Made by a program: the position numbers and the translations under genes
From: an uncultured Planctomycetota bacterium
Lineage (GTDB): Bacteria; Planctomycetota; Planctomycetia; Isosphaerales; Isosphaeraceae
Assembly: GCA_963845755.1 (NCBI GenBank)
Contig: CAWJTV010000013.1
Coordinates: forward strand, 128,001 to 192,000
Direction of reading: 5' to 3'
DNA length: 64,000 bases
Shown here: positions 56,401-64,000 of the stretch, one piece after another
Layout of the letters: each line of letters begins with the position of its first letter
How positions within the stretch are numbered: the stretch's first letter is position 1
The notes under the pieces: generated by a model
The model's database searches: none
Told to the model about the DNA's origin: nothing
Seen by the model: the letters and a program-made list of their open reading frames with translations, nothing else

Positions 56401-59400
56401 GGCCGTGTCGACGACCGCGACCGCGACGTTCAACGAGGCGGTCCAGTCGAGCACGATCACCTTCACGCTGACGCCCAGCGGCGGCAGCCCGGTCGCGGCC
56501 AGCCTCTCCTACAACAGCACGACCGACACGGCGACGTTGACCCCCAGCTCGGCCCTGGCCTACAACACCAGTTACACGGCCAGCGTGAGCGGGGCCAAGA
56601 GCACAACCGGCGTCGCCATGAGCTCGCCATTCTCATGGTCGTTCACGACCGACGTGGCGCCGCCGAGCGTCACGAGCGAGTCGCCGGCCAAGGGGGCGAC
56701 GAACGTGGCCGTGTCGACGACCGCGACCGCGACGTTCAACGAGGCGGTCCAGTCGAGCACGATCACCTTCACGCTGACGCCCAGCGGCGGCAGCCCGATC
56801 GCGGCCAGCCTCTCCTACAACAGCACGACCGACACGGCGACGTTGACCCCCAAGTCGGCCCTGGCCTACAACACCAGTTACACGGCCAGCGTGAGCGGGG
56901 CCAAGGACAGCGCCGGCGATCCCATGAGCTCGCCGTTCTCGTGGTCGTTCACGACCGACGTGGTGCCACCGAGCGTCACGAGCGAGTCGCCGACCAAGGG
57001 TGCGACGAATGTGGCCGTGTCAACGACCGCGACCGCGACGTTCAACGAGGCGGTCCAGTCGAGCACGATCACCTTCACGCTGACGCCCAGCGGCGGCAGC
57101 CCGATCGCGGCCAGCCTCTCCTACAACAGCACGACCGACACGGCGACGTTGACCCCCAAGTCGGCCCTGGCCTACAACACCAGTTACACGGCCAGCGTGA
57201 GCGGGGCCAAGGACAGCGCCGGCGATCCCATGAGCTCGCCGTTCTCGTGGTCGTTCACGACCGTGCCAGCGTCGCTAACCACGTACTATGTGGCCACGAC
57301 CGGGAGCGACAAAAACAACGGCTCGAAGTCCAGCCCCTTCGCCACCTTCCAGCACGCCATGATGTCGCTCCAGCCGGGTGATACCCTGGACGTCGAGTCC
57401 GGGTCCTATGCCGGCTTCATCTCCGGCTGGGATTCCACCCCGGCCAGTTCGGGAGATCCCTACGGCTACATCGACGGTACGGCCGGCAACCCGATCACCA
57501 TCCAGGCCGATCCCAGCGCACCCGCTGGCTCGGTCATCATCGACTCGCGCGACAACAAGACGGCCGTCGGTATCGACCTGGAACCCGCTGATAACTACAT
57601 CACCATTTCCGGTTTGACGATCGAGGACGGCGACGGCAGCATCACCCGTGCGGGATTCAAGGTGACCGGGACCAACGACAGCCTTATCAATAACACCGTG
57701 ACCGGGGTCGGAGGGTTCGGCATCCTCGCCGACAACGCGAATAACGTGCTCCTCCAGGGCAACACCGTCTCTGGTACCACGGGAAGTGGCGCTACCGGCC
57801 ATGGGATCTACATCTCCGGCAGCACCAACGACGCGGTGGTCGAAGGGAACACCATCGCGAACAACGGTTATATCGGCATCCATGTTGATGGAGATGCGAG
57901 CGAGGGAGGCCTGGGACTGGTCACCAATGCCCTCATCGAGGACAACGTGATCTACGGCAACGGCCAGAATGGCATCAACGCCGACGGCCTTCAGAATTCC
58001 ACCATCGAGAACAACCTGATCTACAACTATCAGGATTACGGGATCTGTCTCTATCAGGTCAACGCGTCGGGGCCCAGCAAGAACAACATCATCGTTGACA
58101 ACACCATCGATTACGGCACTTCCAGCGGCGCCGGTGCGGCGCTCCGCATCCTGGATGGGAGCACGGGCAATACCGTCTTGAATAATATCTTGCTGGGTGG
58201 CGGAGGGATCACGATCCGGATCAGCAGCGACAGCATGAGCGGCCTGACGAGCAACTACAACGTCGTCGAGTCGCTGTTCCAGTCGGAGGACACCGGCAAC
58301 ACCGAGTCCCTCGCCCAGTGGCAGAGTTCGACCGGCCAGGACGCGAAATCGTTCACGGCGACGCCGTCGCAGCTCTTCGTCAACCCGTCGGGCAACAACT
58401 ACCAGGAGCTATCGACCAGCCCGTCGATCGGTGCCGGGACCGCGACGGATTCGCCGAGCACGGACATCCTCGGCAATCCGCGCCCCAGCTCCTATGGTTA
58501 TGACATCGGCGCCTACGAATATAAAGGCTCGTCATCCGGGGCGCCGACGGTGGTCAGCGAGAGTCCGGGACAGAATGCGTCCAACGTGAATGTGTCGACG
58601 ACCGCGACCGCGACGTTCAACGAGGCGGTCCAGCCCAGCACGATCACCTTCACGCTGACGCCCAAGGGCGGTAGCCCGGTCGCGGCCAGCGACTCCTACA
58701 ACACTTCTACCGACACGGTGACGTTGACGCCCAAGTCGGCCCTGGCCTACAACACCAGTTACACGGTCACCGTCAGCGGGGCCAAGAGCACAACCGGCGT
58801 CATCATGAGCTCGCCATTCTCATGGTCGTTCACGACCGAAGTCAAGCCGCCGAGCATCACGAGCGAGTCGCCGGCTAATAAGGCACCTAATGTTTCAGTA
58901 ACGACCAAGGTGACTGCTACGTTCAATGAGGCAGTGCAGGCCAGCTCCATCGTTTTCACTCTCAAGAACCACTCGGGCGGAACGGTGTCTGCAGCCTTAT
59001 CCTATAACTCCACGACCCACACCGCCGCTTTGGCTCCGAGATCGAGCTTGGCCTACTCGACGACCTACACGGCCACGGTCAGCGGTGCCAAGGATAGCGC
59101 GGGTGACCCCATGCCTGGCCCATTCTCATGGTCGTTCACGACGCCAGCGAATCCGAAGTCTCCCGCGATGATGACATTGCTTGGATTGCCTTCCAGCCAA
59201 TTCTCAAGCCCGATTGCGCAATCGAGCTCAAGTGCTGCCAACTTGAACGAGAGAGGCTCGGAACCGAAATCCACCGGTAACGGCAGTGCGGCATCTCCGA
59301 GCATGGTGCTACAATCCGACTTCCCGTACGACGACCTGCAAACGGCAGCCGCTGTCAACTTGGTGACCGACAGCCCGCTCGGGACCGTGCCGGAAACGGT

Positions 59401-59476
59401 CTTGACAACGCTCGCTCGAGCTCGTCTCCAACCTTCGCAAAAGAAGCCATCCGTTGTGGGACAATACAACGGTTGA
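53432..59476 (+). CDS. Giant secreted protein: two right-handed beta-helix domains plus 10 Ig-like (Big_5/SbsA-type) repeats (indels near 54424 and 56048)
   Basis: Leader RPRFESLEPRLVLS; YYIATTGND..PFATLQHA..PGD..GHGIYIS..DIGAYEY occurs twice; SESPxxGATNV..TATFNEAV..TLTP..LAYNTSYTA.VSGAKD..SWSFTT occurs 10 times. Confidence 0.9.
54826..57265 (+). repeat. Eight tandem 306-bp coding repeats (Ig-like domains)
   Basis: Near-identical units recur every 306 bp (e.g. GAGTCGCCGGCCAAGGG at about 55148, 55454, 55760, 56067, 56373 and 56679). Confidence 0.92.
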
Positions 59477-59966
59477 CCCGCTTGCTCTCCGGGGGAAGTC
59501 TTTGCTGAGGGTCAAACTGAGTGCGAGAATCCATCGAACCGGACACCGGCCGGCTTGGCCGGTCGGTGATTCGGCCCTGGGTCTTGCGGAGTTTCGAGGA
59601 TCGAGTCGCCGAGGCAAGCCGACAGTTGTCGAGACGACGGTACGAGGACGAGGTTCCGCAGTGAAGGGTAGGATCGGGAACTGGCCGCGAGGGACCTTCG
59701 CTCGATCGATAGACGAGGATCACGATCCCTCGCGGTGCCGTCTCGGGCGACCACCCCACGTGAAGTTCGGCCATCTGATATCGATTGTGATTGGCGCCCT
59801 GTTCTGCGGCGCCTTTGGATCGTGTCCTGGGCTAATTCCCGGCGACCATGCCGGGTCCCTTCCCGGGCCCGCGAGGCACTCCTCCGCGGTCGGTGCCGGT
59901 GCCGGCCAGCGAGGTCGCCAGTCATGTGATGTGCTTAATCCGTCACGCCGACCACGTCAGCCGGCC

Positions 59967-62216
59967 TCATGCGCAGTCCTCGCGGGGTGGCAATCCGTGA
60001 TCCTTTCGCTCTCCGAGGATCCCGTAACGCCCCGAAGCCTCGAAGAAAGGTTGAAGCATGGCCGTGTAATTACGCCACCGCCCCACCGAATGCGTATGAA
60101 TCGGCTCGCGCACCTGAAGCAGGCTGGCCGTCCGCACGACTCGCTTCGACTTGTGGAACTCCAAGCAGGACGGCTCCCAGTCCAGGCCCACGAAGGCGAT
60201 CAGGCGCCGGGCATGGCCCTCCAGGTCGCGGACAAGTTCTTCGTACACGACTTCGAGCCAATCGATCGGCTTGGTTTCTCTCCAGTGTGCAAACAACCTC
60301 TGGTGATCGGCAAATCGCCGCACAATATGCTCCCAGTTGTTGGTCCAGGGATTCGTGGCGAACGACGTTTGCCAGCAAGATACAGCGATGTCGCGCAGGT
60401 CTCGATTACAAACGATCACCCGCGCCCGGGGCCACAAGAGGGCGATCAGTCCCAGCAAATTGAAGTTGTCGGGCATCTTGTCCACGACGCGCCTCGCCGA
60501 GGGGGGAGCCAGTCGATCCAGGCTTGCGAGATACTTGCGGGCCGCCGCGCGAGCCGAGTCGGGGCCGAGAGCCGTCAAGGCTTCAAACGGATCGCCTCTC
60601 GGCCGGCCCACCAGTTCGGGCATTGTGCGGAACAGGCGGATCGCCTCGTGCAGCTCACCCGCGCCATGGACTTGGGAATGCGAAGCCAGGATCTGCTCAA
60701 CCAGGGTCGTTCCTGAGCGTGGCAAACCGACAACGAAGATCGGTCGCGGATCGGGGTCGCCCCAACTTCGGCCGCGTGCGCGCAGGTCGGGGTTGAAGAC
60801 AACGATCAGCCGATCGATCATGCGAGAATACACGTCGGGATCGAATGACTGGCCTTTTGAGGCCTGGAGCGCCCTCTGGAGACTGTTGGCGATTTCGAAG
60901 TGTTCGGCGGCCTGAGCGTAGAGACCGCGCCCATCGAAGACGCCCCCCAGTGCGAAATTTAGTCCGGCCTTCAAGCTGTGAGAAACGTACTTGTGCTCGA
61001 GCAACTCTTGCATCGCCTTGATGTCGTGATCGGGTAGAGCTCCCCTGAGATTCATGGCCAGCCGCCAGTAGGCATCCGCCACATTCGGGCGTACCGCCAG
61101 GATCCGACGTGCCGTCTTGCACGATTCTTCTCGGTCACCGCGCTCCGCCTGGAGCCGCGCCAGCGCGACCCAGGGCGTGGTGAGGGTGGGGTCGTTGCGA
61201 ATCGCCTCACGGTAGGAGGTTTCAGCTTGATCCAACAAGCCCTGATCATTCCGCGCAAGACCAAGTCCGTAGTGTGCCTCGGCCGACGTGGCATCGAGCG
61301 CCACCGCCGCTTGATAGTGCGCGGCGGCATCATGGGGTCGCTGGCGGGCCAGCGACAAACTGCCCAGTTGGACGTACAGGCGCGGGTTGTTCGGATCGAG
61401 AGCCCCGGCTTCCTGCAAGGCCCGTACCGCGTCGTCGTAACGCCCGCATCCCAGGAGAAGCTCGCCCATTGCGATCCGGATCGAAGCATTGCGCGGGGCC
61501 AGCTCCAACACTTGCTCGTAACAGGCGAGCGCCTCGCGGAACCGCCCCTGGAGGCGAAGTACCTGGCCGAGGTTCTCGAGCGCCTCGGGAAGCTGCGGTG
61601 CCAGGCTCAAGGCGCGGCGACAATGCATTTCGGCTTCATCGACCAAGTCGGGGTCTCTCAGCTCCCAGAGGGCTTGCCCCAGCTTGGTGAGGGCCAGAGA
61701 ATTGTCGGGCTCGATCCTCAGAGCCGCGCACAGCGCCTCGGCGGCCTCGATGTGCTGGTGTAGCGCCAGCAGCGCAATCCCCAGGTTGATGTGGCCCGGT
61801 ACCAACCGAGGCGATAGTCGGATGGCCTCCCGATAAGCTGCCACCGCGTCGTCAAGGTGCTTTCGGTCGTGCGCCAGGTGACCGAGAACGTTCCAGCATT
61901 GAGCCGAGCCCGGATCCAGAGCGAGTGCTCTCTGCGTTTCGCCCGCAGCCTCGTCGGGGCGGCCAAGAATGCGCAACACCTCGCCGAGGTTGGCGTGCAA
62001 GCGAGCCGAGTCCGGTACAATCGCCAGCCCCCGTGCAAAGAGCGCCCTGGCTTCGTCGGGGCGTCCCAGATGGAGTGACAAGACACCGAGCCCTTCCAGC
62101 GCTGCGACCTCATCCGGCTGCACCTGCAGGACCTCGCGATAGAGCCCCTCGGCCTCGGCCAGCCTCCCTTGCGCATGGAAGGCTCGTGCACGTTCCAACC
62201 CGCCTTCCCTCCCCAT
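59967..62216 (-). CDS. TPR-repeat sulfotransferase family protein
   Basis: About 11 TPRs, then the PAPS-binding PIFVVGLPRSGTTLVEQILASH, VDKMPDNF, RDLRDIAVS and VRTASLLQVREPI motifs. Confidence 0.92.
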   Translation of the reverse strand: MGREGGLERARAFHAQGRLAEAEGLYREVLQVQPDEVAALEGLGVLSLHLGRPDEARALFARGLAIVPDSARLHANLGEVLRILGRPDEAAGETQRALALDPGSAQCWNVLGHLAHDRKHLDDAVAAYREAIRLSPRLVPGHINLGIALLALHQHIEAAEALCAALRIEPDNSLALTKLGQALWELRDPDLVDEAEMHCRRALSLAPQLPEALENLGQVLRLQGRFREALACYEQVLELAPRNASIRIAMGELLLGCGRYDDAVRALQEAGALDPNNPRLYVQLGSLSLARQRPHDAAAHYQAAVALDATSAEAHYGLGLARNDQGLLDQAETSYREAIRNDPTLTTPWVALARLQAERGDREESCKTARRILAVRPNVADAYWRLAMNLRGALPDHDIKAMQELLEHKYVSHSLKAGLNFALGGVFDGRGLYAQAAEHFEIANSLQRALQASKGQSFDPDVYSRMIDRLIVVFNPDLRARGRSWGDPDPRPIFVVGLPRSGTTLVEQILASHSQVHGAGELHEAIRLFRTMPELVGRPRGDPFEALTALGPDSARAAARKYLASLDRLAPPSARRVVDKMPDNFNLLGLIALLWPRARVIVCNRDLRDIAVSCWQTSFATNPWTNNWEHIVRRFADHQRLFAHWRETKPIDWLEVVYEELVRDLEGHARRLIAFVGLDWEPSCLEFHKSKRVVRTASLLQVREPIHTHSVGRWRNYTAMLQPFFEASGRYGILGERKDHGLPPREDCA

Positions 62217-62578
62217 CCCGGACCTCCGCGGTTTTCTGGAGGGGCCTGGTGTGACCACCCGAGACCCGCCCAGCGAGGAAACGCAAATGCCGCCGGATGG
62301 CCAGCTCCCAAGCACACGGCCTCCGCCTGATCCAAAGCCCCCTTACTCCGCACGCGCGCAGGCGCTCAGTTTGGCGAACCCGTCTTCTGTTATCCTGGCA
62401 TCCTGTCCTGATTATCGTCAACACACGAGATAGCGACGGGTGCAATCGCATTCTTGTAGGTGCAGCTCGAGGGCTAACGCGCTCCAACTTCGGTTCGATC
62501 TCGATCCTTGCCGTCTTGATGCTTCCTGAAGTCGCCGACGGAGCTGGCGGCGCGATGGGCCTCGGTCCCTCGAGTCGG

Positions 62579-64000
62579 TCACCGCGGGGCTCGCATGTCT
62601 CCCCGGGAATGGAGCGCCTGATTCAGCTCGGGCAGGAGCTGCAGCAGAAAACCGGTATAGGAGGCGTCCTCTGCGGCTTCCATGCCCCCGCCTGTGCGGT
62701 GAATCAGGTAAAGCTTGTACAGGAAGAGTTGGGATCCGAACGCAACCCGGGGGCTATAGGGAACGCTCCAGGTCCCCGTCGTCTTCCAGGACCAATAGAT
62801 CCGTATGTGCTCAGGCGGGAAGACAGAGTGCCGTTCGAAGTCGGCCCAAGCAAGCTCGGCCCGATCCTCCTTTCGATCAACCGGCACGGAGAGCGTCTCC
62901 GGACGCTTCTCGACCATCTCATAACCGACTCCGGGATAGCAGACCTCTGGAGTATGGAGGGAGACAGGGCCCGGCCGTCCGCAGACGATGAACAGGGTGG
63001 CCGCCCTATGCGTCCTGGTGTTCTCATAAAGCCGCATCAGACAACCATCGAGCTCCGCGGCCACCATTTCCCGCGGGTCAACAGCCACATCTCGACCAAC
63101 CCAATCGCCGATCGCCATGGGGACGCGATCGAGACGTCCGAGGGCGTTTTTCAGTTCTTCCGACTCCTTCCAGCGGTCCGTCCAGAGACCATCGATGATC
63201 GCCGATCCCACGACTAGCACGATCCCGACCATGACGGGGATCACAAGCGACCCTTGCACGTTCGGGACGGCCTGTTCTCGGCACCTCGAGAAGTCTTTCC
63301 CGAAGTTGGCGCGACTCGATCGCTGGTCGTCGTTCTCGATAAAGAGGTGCGAAAGCAGTTGACACTCGATGAAGAGGATGGCCAAAGTCAGGAGCATCAT
63401 GAGCCATCCGGCCAGGTCATGATAGACCACGTCGGCGACTCGCTTGCCCACCAGAATATGCAACAAGCCGGTCGCTACAATCCGAGCGACGTTCACAACC
63501 AACGCGATGGGGATCGCGCCGAGGACGAGCAAGAGCCTGTCCAGAAGTGGACGACTGACCATGATGGCCGCCGCAACCGAGAGGGCCAGGAACATGTAGG
63601 ACATCCCGAGTCCATTGCAGGCGTCAACGACCCCGATCCGAAAATCGTCGATGACTATCGTATTGCCGGAGCTGAATGCTGGGAGCCCGAAGACTTGCAG
63701 CGCGTAGGTGCTCGCCTCCGTCGCCATTCGCTGGAGCGGGAATCCCAGCGCCGTCTCGACACTGTAGGGAAGCGGCACCATGAAAATGAGGAATGCGAGG
63801 GCTGGCCACGCCCACGGCAAGGTGGTCCAGCCGCCGCACAGCGTGACCAGCCCTGTGAGCCCGACAAGGAGTGACATCGTCTCGAGCCACGAAAAGTAGG
63901 TATAGGCGCCCAGCAACCTCAGCGCACCGGCGCCTGCCAGCAGGATCAGCCCGGGCCAACGTGGTCCGACCCGTTCGGGCCGAAGCCGGCGGCGGGTCCA
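62579..64000 (-). CDS. Exosortase fused to an EpsI-family periplasmic domain (5' end outside the window)
   Basis: FLIFMVPLP; VVDACNGL (Cys), VNVARI (Arg), YHDLAGW (His); then GLWTDRW..IGDWVG..CGRPGPVSLHTPEVCYPGVG (EpsI-like). The frame is open to 64000. Confidence 0.88.
   Translation of the reverse strand, partial: WTRRRLRPERVGPRWPGLILLAGAGALRLLGAYTYFSWLETMSLLVGLTGLVTLCGGWTTLPWAWPALAFLIFMVPLPYSVETALGFPLQRMATEASTYALQVFGLPAFSSGNTIVIDDFRIGVVDACNGLGMSYMFLALSVAAAIMVSRPLLDRLLLVLGAIPIALVVNVARIVATGLLHILVGKRVADVVYHDLAGWLMMLLTLAILFIECQLLSHLFIENDDQRSSRANFGKDFSRCREQAVPNVQGSLVIPVMVGIVLVVGSAIIDGLWTDRWKESEELKNALGRLDRVPMAIGDWVGRDVAVDPREMVAAELDGCLMRLYENTRTHRAATLFIVCGRPGPVSLHTPEVCYPGVGYEMVEKRPETLSVPVDRKEDRAELAWADFERHSVFPPEHIRIYWSWKTTGTWSVPYSPRVAFGSQLFLYKLYLIHRTGGGMEAAEDASYTGFLLQLLPELNQALHSRGDMRAPR

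Noticed and set aside
54826..57265. Regular repeats as a CRISPR array or non-coding satellite
   Set aside because: The units are 306 bp, in frame, have no unique spacers and encode Ig-like domains. No cas genes are present.
55041..57381. Repeated 66-aa antisense ORFs and Arg/His-rich alternative-frame ORFs
   Set aside because: These are shadows of the Ig-repeat coding frame.

Overview
GC-rich window, most likely from a planctomycete (Isosphaeraceae-like). The basis is two giant secreted proteins with the planctomycete LEPR-xLL N-terminal motif, planctomycete-type palindromic repeats and Uma2/Rpn-like paralogs. Single-base indels break many genes, including the housekeeping genes hisC and hisD, so most frameshifts are probably long-read or assembly errors. 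Left end (1-8.2 kb): a defence/mobile island with a NERD nuclease-pseudokinase-kinase-ATPase gene and its coupled partner (MADS Mad6/Mad7-like), an integrase relic, an IS5-family element with TIRs and TTA TSD, a decayed vapBC-type pair and an intact Phd/RelE-ParE toxin-antitoxin pair. Next come a UPF0104 flippase-like gene carrying a clean 369-bp in-frame insertion, hisD-GNAT-hisC-hisB, an ECF sigma/anti-sigma/HtrA-like operon whose protease seems to lack the catalytic His and Asp, a 7.7-kb beta-strand-repeat/MBG adhesin, an Rpn-like nuclease with an internal RBS+ATG, phoU, a sulfatase, guaB, M28 and M1 peptidases, Uma2, a TIR-STAND-TPR (bacterial NLR-like) gene and a DUF5678/retropepsin pair. 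Right end: a partly decayed polysaccharide locus, a remnant of an unclassified mobile element, a 6-kb beta-helix/Ig-repeat surface protein, a TPR-sulfotransferase and an exosortase-EpsI fusion. No rRNA, tRNA or CRISPR array was recognised. Family assignments come from motif recognition only; no searches were run.
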